Positions 9,675 through 19,711 of a stretch of DNA of 64,000 nt are shown here, in pieces. The stretch's first letter is position 1; the number at the start of each line of letters is the position of its first letter. The stretch is from an uncultured cyanobacterium (GTDB taxonomy: Bacteria; Cyanobacteriota; Cyanobacteriia; Cyanobacteriales; Cyanobacteriaceae): the NCBI GenBank assembly GCA_963710605.1, contig CAVQBA010000006.1:800001-864000 (forward strand). Direction: 5' to 3'. The notes beneath the pieces were generated by a model that saw only the letters and a program-made list of their open reading frames with translations, had not been told where the DNA came from and searched no databases. Made by a program: the position numbers and the translations under genes.

Positions 9675-12299
9675 ATGAAAATCCTCAAAACACAAACACT
9701 ACGTGGACCTAACTATTGGAGTATTAGAAGGCAAAAACTAATACAAATGCGTCTTGATTTGCAAGATATTGCCGAAAAACCATCTAACCTAATACCCGGT
9801 TTTTATGAAGGATTAGTTTCAACTTTACCTAGTTTAGTTGAACATTACTGCTCTCGTGACCATCGAGGAGGATTTTTTGAGAGAGTAAAAGAAGGTACTT
9901 ATATGGGGCATATTATTGAACACGTAGCTCTTGAATTACAAGAATTAGCAGGGATGCCTGTTGGGTTCGGACGTACCAGACAAACAGCTACCGATGGTGT
10001 TTATAATGTAGTTTACGAATATGTTTACGAAGAAGCAGGTAGATATGCAGGTAGAGCGGCAGTTCGCTTGTGTAATTCAATTATCAATACAGGTACTTAT
10101 CCCGCTCCAGAATTAGCTCAAGATTTAGCCGATTTGAAAGATTTACGAGCAAGTTCAGCTTTAGGTCCCTCCACAGAAACGATCGTCAAAGAAGCTGAGG
10201 CGAGAAATATACCGTGGATGATGCTAAGTACCAGAGCGATGGTACAACTAGGTTATGGAGCAAATCAACAACGAATCCAAGCCACTCTTAGTGCTAAAAC
10301 GGGTATCTTGGCAGTAGAATTAGCTTGCGATAAAGAAGGAACAAAAACAATACTTAATGAAGCAGGTGTACCAGTACCTAGAGGTACAGTCATCAATTAT
10401 GCTGATGAATTAGAAAGTGCGATCGAAGATGTTGGTAGTTTTCCCATCGTCATTAAACCTTTAGATGGTAATCATGGTCGAGGAATTACCATTGATGTTA
10501 ATAGTCTAGAAGAAGCATTAGATGCCTTTGATTTAGCCAATGCCGCCTCAAAAACTCGATCGGTAATTATCGAAAGATATTACAATGGCAATGATCATCG
10601 TTTGTTAGTAATTAACGGTAAACTAACTGCCGTTGCCGAAAGAGTACCCGCTCATGTAATTGGGGATGGAAATTCCACTGTAGAAGAATTAATCCAAAAT
10701 ACCAACTCTGATCCTAATCGTGGTGATGGTCATGATAATGTTTTAACTAAAATTAGTATCGATCGTACTTCTTTAAGCGTCCTCAAAAAACAAGGCTACG
10801 ATATGAATTCAATTATCCCTACAGGAAAAAGAGCCTATCTTAGAGCAACAGCTAACTTGAGTACAGGTGGAATTGCGATCGATCGAACTGATGATATCCA
10901 TCCCGAAAATGTTTGGATTGCTGAAAGAGTCGCTAAAATTATCGGTTTAGACATTGCTGGAATAGACGTTGTTACCTCAGATATATCTCAACCATTAGCT
11001 AAAACCGATGGTGTCATCGTTGAAGTTAATGCCGCTCCCGGATTCAGAATGCACGTCGCTCCTAGTCGTGGTTTACCCCGTAACGTTGCCGCCCCTGTGA
11101 TGGATATGTTATTTGGTGAAAATCAACCTAGTCGTATCCCAATCATTGCTTTAACAGGCACAAACGGTAAAACAACCACCACTAGATTAACTGCCCATAT
11201 TTATCGTCAAACAGGTAAAGTCGTTGGTTACACCAGTACAGATGGAATTTATTTAGGCGATTATATGGTGGAAAAAGGCGATAATACAGGGCCATTAAGT
11301 GCCAAAGTAATATTACAAGATCCGACTGTAGAAGTAGCTGTTTTAGAATGTGCTAGAGGCGGAATGTTACGCTCTGGTTTGGCTTTTGAAAGTTGTGATG
11401 TGGGTGTCGTTCTTAATGTTGCCGCCGATCATTTAGGTCAAGGAGATATTGATAGCATTGAACAAATGGCAAGAGTTAAAGCGATCGTTGCCGAATCGGT
11501 TCATCCTGATGGTTATGCGGTTCTTAATGCCGATGACCCTCTTGTTGCACAAATGGCGGAAAATGTCAAGGGTAAAATTGCTTATTTTTCCATGAGTGCT
11601 GACAATCCAATTATCACAGAACATTTACGCCGTAACGGTATGGCGGCAGTATATGAAAACGGTTATATTTCTCTATTTGAAGGAGAATGGACTTTAAGAA
11701 TCGAAAAAGTCGAAAAAATACCGATCACCATGAAAGGAATGGCACCATTTATGATTGCTAATGCCTTAGCCGCATCCTTAGCCGCTTTTGTCAATGGGAT
11801 TGATATTGAGTTAATTCGTCAAGGGGTACGTACTTTTAACCCCGGTGCTGAACAAACTCCCGGACGGATGAATTTATTTGAGATGTCTCATTATTCAGTT
11901 TTACTTGATTATGCACACAACCCCGCAGGTTATCAAGCTGTCGGCGAATTTGTCAAAAATTGGCAAGGAAAACGTATCGGTATAGTAGGCGGGCCAGGAG
12001 ACAGACGAGACGAAGATTTAATTCTTTTAGGCACAATTTCTGCCCAAATTTTTGACCATATCATCGTTAAAGAAGATGAAGATAAACGTGGTCGAGAAGA
12101 AGGTGAAGTCGCCAATTTAATCGTTAAGGGAGTCTTAGCTGAGAATGATCAAATTAGTCATGAAATTATAATTGATGAGCCACAAGCGATGGCTACAGCA
12201 TTTGAATCTGTACCTGCTGATGGTTTAGTGGTTGTTTTTCCTGAATCTGTTACTAAGGCGATCGATATAATCAAAAAACAACAGAAAGTTGATGATTAA
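9675..12299 (+). CDS. cphA: Cyanophycin synthetase
   Basis: LRGPNYWS, ATP-grasp domain (KPLDGNHGRG), Mur-ligase domain (TGTNGKTTT, DYAHNP); 874 aa. Confidence 0.98.
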   Translation: MKILKTQTLRGPNYWSIRRQKLIQMRLDLQDIAEKPSNLIPGFYEGLVSTLPSLVEHYCSRDHRGGFFERVKEGTYMGHIIEHVALELQELAGMPVGFGRTRQTATDGVYNVVYEYVYEEAGRYAGRAAVRLCNSIINTGTYPAPELAQDLADLKDLRASSALGPSTETIVKEAEARNIPWMMLSTRAMVQLGYGANQQRIQATLSAKTGILAVELACDKEGTKTILNEAGVPVPRGTVINYADELESAIEDVGSFPIVIKPLDGNHGRGITIDVNSLEEALDAFDLANAASKTRSVIIERYYNGNDHRLLVINGKLTAVAERVPAHVIGDGNSTVEELIQNTNSDPNRGDGHDNVLTKISIDRTSLSVLKKQGYDMNSIIPTGKRAYLRATANLSTGGIAIDRTDDIHPENVWIAERVAKIIGLDIAGIDVVTSDISQPLAKTDGVIVEVNAAPGFRMHVAPSRGLPRNVAAPVMDMLFGENQPSRIPIIALTGTNGKTTTTRLTAHIYRQTGKVVGYTSTDGIYLGDYMVEKGDNTGPLSAKVILQDPTVEVAVLECARGGMLRSGLAFESCDVGVVLNVAADHLGQGDIDSIEQMARVKAIVAESVHPDGYAVLNADDPLVAQMAENVKGKIAYFSMSADNPIITEHLRRNGMAAVYENGYISLFEGEWTLRIEKVEKIPITMKGMAPFMIANALAASLAAFVNGIDIELIRQGVRTFNPGAEQTPGRMNLFEMSHYSVLLDYAHNPAGYQAVGEFVKNWQGKRIGIVGGPGDRRDEDLILLGTISAQIFDHIIVKEDEDKRGREEGEVANLIVKGVLAENDQISHEIIIDEPQAMATAFESVPADGLVVVFPESVTKAIDIIKKQQKVDD

Positions 12300-12474
12300 T
12301 AATTAATAATTAATTGTTCTTGATCTTATTGAGACTGAGTTTTGTTTGACGAGTATTAAAAAATAATAATAATAGATGGTTCTAATCAAGTATAAATTAG
12401 TAAATATAGGGCAAAAATCGCCCTGATTACTAACTATTAAAAACTAACATAACCAATAATTGTTAGAGTAAAAA

Positions 12475-12640
12475 GGGCAAGGGACAAAGGTAATTTTAAA
12501 AATAGCTTGAACTACCATTAAAATCCAATACGCCAATCAATGGAGTATCCCCCCCATCCCCCCTTTGAAAGGGGGGAGATTCGGAGCTTTAAACCCTTGA
12601 TTTTTTGGTAAAAAAATAGAACCATCTTTTTAATTACGGT
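12475..12640. repeat. Dispersed intergenic element containing a CCCCCTT/AAGGGGG hairpin; left ~60 bp shared with 47539-47610
   Basis: CAAAGGTAATTT(T/A)AAAAATAGC...ACTA(C/T)CATTAAAATCCAATAC(G/A)CCA present at both sites. Confidence 0.55.
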
Positions 12641-12718
12641 GAGGAAAATAATATGCTAATCAAGAACAGATAATAAATTGTATTTAATTGTCAATTGTCA
12701 ATTTTCAATTTTCAATTG

Positions 12719-13112
12719 TTAACGTACATAATCAGAATTTTGATTAACAGAAGTATCAAAAGGATTAGCTAAATCTCTAGTTCTGATCGTGGGATTTGTT
12801 TCGGATAACTGTTTGTAATAATCAGTTAAGATAGTGTACATCATCAAACTATCTTCAGTAATTTGATTTTCAGGATAAGAGCCTTGAGGAAAACTTTTCC
12901 AACCAAACATTGTATTCAAGAAACCTCTAGGTTCTAGATTCACGGTAAAAGTCACCGCCTTCACGCCAAAAAACTTCATTAACTAATTCTTCGACATTAT
13001 ATTCATTAATGCTTTCAACTTCAGCAGTTTGAGCATTAGTTGGATTAGCGATCGCACAAGTTAGTGCTGTGAGCGTGGCAATCGTTAAAAAACGAGATAA
13101 TTTGGATAACAT
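12719..13112 (-). pseudogene. Conserved cyanobacterial exported hypothetical protein, broken by a 1-nt frameshift near 12930 (possibly an assembly error)
   Basis: ORF 13112-12927 (signal peptide...GGDFYRES) joins the frame of ORF 12979-12719 (PRGFLNTMFGW...SYPENQI...PTIRTRDLANPFDTS) if one base is removed. Confidence 0.7.
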
Positions 13113-13181
13113 AGCCTCTATTTGTTAAAATCAGGTTGCTTCAATTGTAACTGAATTTATCTTAAAACACTTATCGAAAAT

Positions 13182-13748
13182 ATGGATACTTCCGATCGTC
13201 AAAAATTACTCAATTTACTAGTTAAATATGCGTACAAAGAAGGTGATTTTACTCTCTCATCAGGACAAAAAAGTAATTTTTATCTCAACGGTAAAAAAGT
13301 TATCTTAAGAGCTGATGGTGCATTATTAGTCGGCAAACTCATTTTCTCTATCTTACCTAAACAAACCGAAGCTGTAGCGGGTTTAACTCTAGGTGCAGAT
13401 CCGCTTGTGACGGCTGTGAGTGTCGTTTCAGCTTACGAAAACAAACCAATACCTGCTTTTATTATCCGTAAAGAAGCCAAAGGGCATGGTACAAAAGCTT
13501 ATATCGAAGGACCAGATTTAGAGCAAGGTGCTGTAGTTACTGTTTTAGAAGATGTAGTCACTACAGGAAAGTCAGCAATGTTAGCGGTAGAAAGACTGAT
13601 CTGTGCTGGTTATCAGGTGAATAAAATTATCTCTTTAGTCGATCGACAAGCAGGTGGAGAAGAGTTTTATCAATCTCAAGGGATAGACTTTACTAGTATT
13701 TTTACTATCTCTGAAATTCAATCAGAATACAAAAAGAATGGACAGTAG
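13182..13748 (+). CDS. pyrE: Orotate phosphoribosyltransferase
   Basis: GDFTLSSG, GLTLGADP, RKEAKGHG, VLEDVVTTGKS (PRPP motif). Confidence 0.96.
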   Translation: MDTSDRQKLLNLLVKYAYKEGDFTLSSGQKSNFYLNGKKVILRADGALLVGKLIFSILPKQTEAVAGLTLGADPLVTAVSVVSAYENKPIPAFIIRKEAKGHGTKAYIEGPDLEQGAVVTVLEDVVTTGKSAMLAVERLICAGYQVNKIISLVDRQAGGEEFYQSQGIDFTSIFTISEIQSEYKKNGQ

Positions 13749-14235
13749 AGCAATTGTTAGTTTTATTAAACATATATAGATACCCCTAAATCCCCTTACC
13801 CCACCACGTTTCTCTTATGCTTATAACTAGCCGAATAAGTAAGAAGTAAGAAGTAATAAGTAATAAGTAAGAGTTTTTATAACGCTTATAAATTCTTGAG
13901 TTTGACGGGAGGACTACCCAAATTATTATTTCCTAATTGCTTTGATTTTTAATCATGATCGATCGTTTACCGTCATTGTTTTTTGGTTAATTGAAACAGT
14001 AGTATAACTGTCATGTAATTGTAACTTAAGAGACTCAAAAACATCGCTCGTAACTAAATTAGAAAATATTTTTGGGTTGAAAGTAAGGAAAATTCAAAAA
14101 TAAAAATCTTACTTATCACATAAATTCAATAGTTATAGCTCCCTATTTAAAATGTGGTGGGGTAAGCCTAAATCCCCCTTATAAAAGGGGACTTGCCAGT
14201 ATAAACTGTACCTCATAAAGATACGAAACGCTATA
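13746..14235. mobile_element. 108-bp TATAGC/GCTATA miniature element interrupted by a nested 372-bp element
   Basis: Removing 13795-14176 leaves exactly 108 bp that align end to end with 53231-53338. Confidence 0.8.
13795..14166. mobile_element. Non-autonomous 372-bp MITE with 17-bp terminal inverted repeats and a 10-bp target duplication
   Basis: Ends CTTACCCCACCACGTTT / AAATGTGGTGGGGTAAG; flanked by direct repeat CCTAAATCCC (13785-13794, 14167-14176); no ORF in the track. Confidence 0.85.
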
Positions 14236-14385
14236 ACTTCGTAGGGAGCGGTTGAGCTTTAAAATTATATACATACAGTAGGATTTATCTATCTGATGCG
14301 AAACCCAACAAAAAAACATGGTGATAAACGATCGTGCTTTGTCAAATAAAAATTAGATAAATATAGTTTAATAATTGAAATATAT

Positions 14386-15861
14386 ATGATTACAGGCGAA
14401 TTAAAATCGAAGGTTGATAAACTTTGGACTACATTTTGGAATAACGGCATTAGCAATCCTCTTTCTGTAATCGAGCAAATATCTTATCTATTGTTTATCA
14501 AGCGATTAGACGATCTAGAATTAGTCAAAGAAAAAAAAGTAAAACGATTAGGGGGAGAAATCAAAAACCCTACATTTGACTTTGAGCATCAAAATTGTCG
14601 TTGGTCAAATTTTAAGCATCAAAACCCTGAAGATATGTTAGTCACGGTCAGAGATGATGCTTTTCCCTTCATTAAAACGATCGGCAAACAAGGCGGTACT
14701 TATACCAAACACATGAAGGATGCTGTATTTTTAATTGCTTCTCCAACTCTTCTTACTAGCGTAGTCGATCAGATTGACGAGATTCCGATGCAAGACAGGG
14801 ATACCAAGGGAGATTTATATGAATATATGCTCTCTAAACTAACCACCGCAGGTACTAATGGGCAATTTCGTACCCCTCGCCATATTATCAAAATGATGGT
14901 GGAATTGATGAATCCTACCGCAAGAGAAGTAGTATGCGATCCCGCCTGTGGTACAGGAGGTTTCTTAGTTGGAGTAGCGGAATATTTACAACAGAAAAAA
15001 GATAGTGATGGAAATCAAGTTTTAAATACTCAAGATAATCGAGAACATTTTAATAATGATATGTTTCATGGGTTTGACTTTGATGCCACTATGCTTCGTA
15101 TTGGTAGTATGAATATGATGTTACACGGCATAGCTAACCCAAAAATTGAAGCTAGAGATTCTTTAGCCCAAGAGCATTCAGGAGTTGAAGAAGCATTTAC
15201 CCTAATACTGGCTAATCCTCCTTTTAAAGGTTCTGTGGACGTAAATACGATCGCTAAGGATTTAAGTAAAGTAATCAAAACTAAGAAAACAGAATTACTC
15301 TTTGGGGCTTTATTTATACGATTGCTGAAAAAAGGCGGTAGAGGGGCGGTAATTGTTCCCGATGGTGTTTTATTTGGTTCGTCTAAAGCCCATAAAAGCC
15401 TACGTCAAACCTTAGTAGAGGAGCATAAGTTAGACGGGATTATCTCCATGCCTTCAGGAGTGTTTAAGCCCTATGCTGGTGTCTCTACGGCGGTGTTAAT
15501 GTTTACCAAGACAGGGGCGGGAGGAACAGATTCAGTTTGGTTTTATGATATGGAAACTGATGGCTTATCTTTGGATGATAAACGGCAACCTGTAGAAGCA
15601 AATGATATTCCTGATATTATCCAGAAGTGGCATAGTCGAGATTTAGTCAAGGATACAAACCGCAAGTCTAAGGCTTTTTTCGTGCCTAAAGATGAGATAG
15701 CGGAAAATGGTTATGATTTGTCTATTAATCGTTACAAGGAGATTGAATATGAGGAGGTAGTTTACGAAGCCCCCCAAGTTATTTTAGGCAAGTTAAAGAA
15801 TCTCGAAGATGAGATTATGACTGATTTGAAGGAGTTAGAGGGGATGTTAACCAATGGGTAA
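14386..15861 (+). CDS. hsdM: Type I R-M methyltransferase subunit
   Basis: MITGELKSKVDKLW, GQFRTPRHI, DPACGTGGFL, ANPPFKG. Confidence 0.96.
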   Translation: MITGELKSKVDKLWTTFWNNGISNPLSVIEQISYLLFIKRLDDLELVKEKKVKRLGGEIKNPTFDFEHQNCRWSNFKHQNPEDMLVTVRDDAFPFIKTIGKQGGTYTKHMKDAVFLIASPTLLTSVVDQIDEIPMQDRDTKGDLYEYMLSKLTTAGTNGQFRTPRHIIKMMVELMNPTAREVVCDPACGTGGFLVGVAEYLQQKKDSDGNQVLNTQDNREHFNNDMFHGFDFDATMLRIGSMNMMLHGIANPKIEARDSLAQEHSGVEEAFTLILANPPFKGSVDVNTIAKDLSKVIKTKKTELLFGALFIRLLKKGGRGAVIVPDGVLFGSSKAHKSLRQTLVEEHKLDGIISMPSGVFKPYAGVSTAVLMFTKTGAGGTDSVWFYDMETDGLSLDDKRQPVEANDIPDIIQKWHSRDLVKDTNRKSKAFFVPKDEIAENGYDLSINRYKEIEYEEVVYEAPQVILGKLKNLEDEIMTDLKELEGMLTNG

Positions 15862-16218
15862 ATACGAAAAACTTTTAGATAAAATACTCAGAGGTACATC
15901 CGATCGTAATATTGATTTTCCTGATTTTTGTTTGCTACTAATTAAGTTAGGTTTTATAGCAAGTAACGAGATAGTTAGGACACTTCTACCACCCCTAACC
16001 CCTCCTTCAAAAGAGGGGGAACTTTATTCAACTGTTCAAAACAACTCGTTTACGGCTATAGTCAGAGAGTCAAAGGTAGTCATCATATTTTTTGGAAAGA
16101 GGGAGTAAGTGAGATTATCAACATACAACCAAATGGCTCGAAAGCAAAAGCCTATCAAGTTAAGCAAGTCAGAAATTTAATTGTTAAATATAGTTTAGGG
16201 GATAGCAATGTTAATTAA
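15854..16218 (+). pseudogene. hicA: HicA-family toxin disrupted by a MITE insertion
   Basis: Excising 104 bp restores MGKYEKLLDKILRGTSDRNIDF...KLGF-SQRVKGSHHIFWKEGVSEIINIQPNGSKAKAYQVKQVR..., stop at 16216-16218. Confidence 0.88.
15955..16060. mobile_element. 106-bp TATAGC/GCTATA MITE with TA target duplication
   Basis: Imperfect TIRs TATAGCAAGTAACGAGATAGTTAGGACA vs TATAGCCGTAAACGAGTTGTTTTGAACA; internal CCCCTAACCCCTCCTT-AAGAGGGGGA hairpin. Confidence 0.88.
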
Positions 16219-16420
16219 ATATGAGTTAATTATTTATTGGAGTGAAGTAGATGATTGTTTTATTGTGGAAGTACCAGAGTTAGCAGGATGTATGGCAGAT
16301 GGTAAAACTTATCAAGAAGCTGTGAGTAATGTTGAGGTAATTATTCAAGAGTGGTTAGAGACGGCTCTTGAGTTGGGGCGAGATATTCCTCAACCTAAAG
16401 GAAAGTTGATGTATGCTTAG
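16208..16420 (+). CDS. hicB: HicB-family antitoxin
   Basis: YWSEVDDCFIVEVPELAGCMADGKTYQEA...IPQPKG. Confidence 0.9.
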   Translation: MLIKYELIIYWSEVDDCFIVEVPELAGCMADGKTYQEAVSNVEVIIQEWLETALELGRDIPQPKGKLMYA

Positions 16421-16464
16421 TTTTTTAATTTACGGTAAAAGTAAAAGCTATCTTAGATAAAATT

Positions 16465-16788
16465 ATGAAACATTTACAATTAAAAGAAATTATTAGTTTA
16501 GTAAAAACATGGTTTTCACAACATTATCAACAGGATTTACATCAATTAATATTATACGGTTCTCAAGCAAGAGGTGATGCTAAAAAATATTCTGATATTG
16601 ATATTTTAATAGTGCTAAAAAAGACTTTTAATTATCGTCAAGAATTAAATAATACTAGCGATTTTATCTGTGATTTATGTTTAGAATATGACACTGTTAT
16701 CTCTCGTGCTTTTATTTCTCAAGAGTCTTTTGAAAAAGATAATACTCCTTTTTTGCTTAATGTACGACGTGAAGGGGTTACTTTATGA
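16465..16788 (+). CDS. Minimal nucleotidyltransferase (MNT) antitoxin
   Basis: [23 protein letters not shown] overlap with the HEPN gene. Confidence 0.92.
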   Translation: MKHLQLKEIISLVKTWFSQHYQQDLHQLILYGSQARGDAKKYSDIDILIVLKKTFNYRQELNNTSDFICDLCLEYDTVISRAFISQESFEKDNTPFLLNVRREGVTL

Positions 16789-17156
16789 ATAGGGAACAAA
16801 AATTGCTTTTAGCAAAAGCAAAACGTAGTTTACAAGGTGCAATTTTGTTATTAAATAATAATTTACCTGAGTTGGCAGTATCTAGGGCTTATTATGCCAT
16901 GTTCTATATTACTGAGGGTTTTATTTTGGAAAAAGGGTTGAGTTTTTCTAGTCACTCGGCGGTTATTAGTGCTTTTGGGAAAAATTTTGCGAAGGAAGAT
17001 GGAGATTTACGGAAGTTTCATCGTATTTTAATTAACGCTCAAGATTTGAGGAATCGTAGCGATTATGATTTAGATTCAGGGATTGATAATGATGATGCAC
17101 AATTTCAAATAAATATGGCTGAAGATTTTATTATTTTCTTTGAGAATTATTACTAA
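16785..17156 (+). CDS. HEPN-domain protein (RX4Y-type)
   Basis: [28 protein letters not shown]. Confidence 0.9.
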   Translation: MNREQKLLLAKAKRSLQGAILLLNNNLPELAVSRAYYAMFYITEGFILEKGLSFSSHSAVISAFGKNFAKEDGDLRKFHRILINAQDLRNRSDYDLDSGIDNDDAQFQINMAEDFIIFFENYY

Positions 17157-17269
17157 TTATTAAGTGAAAAAAAATTAATAAAGTAACTTACAACTTATGA
17201 ATAATTTATGATAAAAAACTATCGCACTTGTTAAATCTTGAACTGAAAAAATATTAAAAGGAGAAAATC

Positions 17270-17485
17270 ATGAGTAAATATTTTAATGTAGTTATTGAAA
17301 AAGACGAAGATGGTTATTTAGTTGCTTCAGTACCTTCTTTAAAAGGATGTCATACACAAGGGAAAACGATGGATGAATTATTAGAGAGGATAACAGAAGC
17401 GATTGAGCTTTGTCTGGAAGTAGAAAAGGAAGAATTTAAACCTTTAGAATTTGTTGGAGTTCAAAGAATAGCGATTAATAAATAA
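17270..17485 (+). CDS. hicB: HicB-family antitoxin
   Basis: VVIEKDEDGYLVASVPSLKGCHTQGKT. Confidence 0.9.
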   Translation: MSKYFNVVIEKDEDGYLVASVPSLKGCHTQGKTMDELLERITEAIELCLEVEKEEFKPLEFVGVQRIAINK

Positions 17486-17486
17486 A

Positions 17487-17732
17487 ATGAGTAATATTCC
17501 TGCTTTGAGTGGAAAAAAGATGATTAAGGTTCTAAAAAAAGCTAATTTTTCGGTAATTAGAATTAAGGGAAGTCATCACTTTCTCGCTCATCCCGATGGT
17601 AGAAGAACTGTTGTACCTGTTCACTCTAATGAGACGATCGGCAAAGGTTTATTTGCTCAAATTTTAAGAGATTGTGATTTAACTATCGATTCGATTTTTA
17701 GCTCTATTATGAACATCATAATGAGATTTTAG
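17487..17732 (+). CDS. hicA: HicA-family toxin
   Basis: RIKGSHHFLAHPDGRRTVVPVH...GLFAQILRD. Confidence 0.9.
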   Translation: MSNIPALSGKKMIKVLKKANFSVIRIKGSHHFLAHPDGRRTVVPVHSNETIGKGLFAQILRDCDLTIDSIFSSIMNIIMRF

Positions 17733-17791
17733 CTGTTAATTATTTATATTTTTATTTATTAATTTAATGTTTTTTAATAGGATATTGTGAA

Positions 17792-18961
17792 ATGATAAAG
17801 AACTTAATTTTAAGTGATTTATGCGAAATAAAAAGCGGTGGAACTCCTTCAAGACGAGATAATGATAATTATGGTGGTGCAATACCTTGGGCTAAAATTT
17901 CTGATATTGAAGCCTCTGATGGTACTTTATTTGAAACAGAAGAAAAAATAACCGAAAAAGGTTTAAAAGCAATTCGTAATAGAATTTTTGATAAAGGTAC
18001 TTTGCTTTTTGCTATGTACGGATCGCTTGGTAAAATGGCATTTGCACAGGTAAAAGTTTCTACTAATCAAGCTATTTTAGGAATTAATATTAAAGATTCA
18101 AGCCTAGTATGCGATCGTTATTTATACTATTGGTTACTGTCAAAAAAAGAGGAATTTAAAAATTCAGCGAATGGAGTGACTCAAAAGAATCTTTCAGCTA
18201 CTTTTGTTAGAAATCTCAAAATCCCGCTACCCCCGATCGATACTCAACGTAGAATAGCCAGTATATTAGATAAGGCGGATAAGATTAGAAGGAAACGACA
18301 AGAGGCAATCAAATTAACTGAAGAATTAGGTCGATCGCTTTTTTTTAATCTGTTTGGCGATCCTGTTACTAATCCTAAAAGATGGGAACTTAAAAAACTT
18401 AGTGAAATTTGTAATCGAGTGACAGACGGAACTCATCAATCTCCTGAGTGGTCAACAAATGGTATTCCTTTCTTATTTGTTAGTAATATTGTTAATGGAG
18501 AAATTGATTTTAACGTCAGCAAATATATAAGTGAAGAATCTTGGCAGAAACTGACTTCAAGATGTCCAATTGAAGTTGATGACCTTTTATATACAACAGT
18601 AGGAAGTTATGGCAATGCAGCATTAGTTAGAACTGATAAAAAATTTTGTTTTCAAAGGCATATAGCTCATATAAAACCTGATTATTCTAAAATACATCCT
18701 GAATTTCTCCTTGGCTTAATGCAATCGAATGGAATAAAAAGACAAGCAGATCGACAAGTTAGAGGTGTAGCTCAAAAGACCTTGAATTTAAGAGAGCTAA
18801 AATGTTTTCAAGTATTTAGTCCTCCTATTGATTTACAGAAAAAATATGTTCATGTTCGTAGAAATATAGAATTACGACTACAAAATCAACAAAAGTCTTT
18901 ACAAGAATCAGAAAATCTCTTTAACTCCCTATTACAAAGAGCCTTTAAAGGAGAATTATAG
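17792..18961 (+). CDS. hsdS: Type I R-M specificity subunit
   Basis: Two TRDs (SGGTPSR...; VTDGTHQSP...) with [17 protein letters not shown] and [11 protein letters not shown] conserved segments. Confidence 0.95.
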   Translation: MIKNLILSDLCEIKSGGTPSRRDNDNYGGAIPWAKISDIEASDGTLFETEEKITEKGLKAIRNRIFDKGTLLFAMYGSLGKMAFAQVKVSTNQAILGINIKDSSLVCDRYLYYWLLSKKEEFKNSANGVTQKNLSATFVRNLKIPLPPIDTQRRIASILDKADKIRRKRQEAIKLTEELGRSLFFNLFGDPVTNPKRWELKKLSEICNRVTDGTHQSPEWSTNGIPFLFVSNIVNGEIDFNVSKYISEESWQKLTSRCPIEVDDLLYTTVGSYGNAALVRTDKKFCFQRHIAHIKPDYSKIHPEFLLGLMQSNGIKRQADRQVRGVAQKTLNLRELKCFQVFSPPIDLQKKYVHVRRNIELRLQNQQKSLQESENLFNSLLQRAFKGEL

Positions 18962-18963
18962 AG

Positions 18964-19284
18964 ATGAGTGAAACATTTATTAAGATTTTGAAATTAATTA
19001 AAGCCAAAGAAATCAAAATATCGGCTCATGGCTACGACGAACTAGCAAACGATAACATATTTATAACAGATATTATCACCAGTATCGATAAAGCTGAAAT
19101 TGTCGAAGACTATCCCGACTATGGTAAAGGTGCCTGTGTTTTACTATTACAAAAAGATAAGCAAAATCTACCGATTCATACAGTCTGGGGTATTCCTAAA
19201 AATGCCGATTCACCAGCCGTTTTAATCACCGCATATCGTCCAACCTTAGATCGTTGGCAAAAAGATTACAAAACTCGAAAATGA
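18964..19284 (+). CDS. DUF4258-family putative toxin
   Basis: [36 protein letters not shown]...W. Confidence 0.8.
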   Translation: MSETFIKILKLIKAKEIKISAHGYDELANDNIFITDIITSIDKAEIVEDYPDYGKGACVLLLQKDKQNLPIHTVWGIPKNADSPAVLITAYRPTLDRWQKDYKTRK

Positions 19285-19517
19285 CAACTATGAACAACAA
19301 CACTAAAACCCAAAGCAAAATAATCCGTGAAGGAGAATATCTCGCCGAAATTGAAATTACCTTAACCTACACTGATGAAGATTGGTCGCCTTATCTATCC
19401 CTCGCAGAAGCAGAAAAACTCGATAAATTACGCCTTGCCCTGCAAAATAATGACTTGAAAACTGCCACTCAACTAGCTCGTATTTACCACCTGACTCCTG
19501 TAACAGTGAGTGCATAA
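19281..19517 (+). CDS. Small partner (putative antitoxin) of the DUF4258 protein
   Basis: [36 protein letters not shown]; start placed at the ATGA overlap with the upstream stop (track start 19254). Confidence 0.7.
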   Translation: MTTMNNNTKTQSKIIREGEYLAEIEITLTYTDEDWSPYLSLAEAEKLDKLRLALQNNDLKTATQLARIYHLTPVTVSA

Positions 19518-19524
19518 ATCAAGC

Positions 19525-19668
19525 ATGAATAAAGAATATAACGAAACGATTACTAAAACCAAAGTCACCTATTCTTTAGAAATTAACGATCGATTTTATC
19601 TAATCGAAAATGGACAAAGTAATTATATTGTTAAACGATCGGGGTTAAGAGATTTTCGATCCCCCTAA
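19525..19668 (+). pseudogene. Truncated YgiT-type zinc-finger/antitoxin fragment
   Basis: MNKEYNETITKTKVTYSLEINDRFYLIEN then diverges and stops inside a CCCCCTAACCCCCTT hairpin repeat; the VPAxVC continuation is missing. Confidence 0.55.
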
Positions 19669-19711
19669 CCCCCTTAGATAAGGGGGAACTAACTTAAATA
19701 CACTGATAACC

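Noticed and set aside
2801-12299. argD near cphBA as an arginine-storage cluster
   Set aside because: Separated by four unrelated genes in mixed orientation; no clear shared NtcA site seen.
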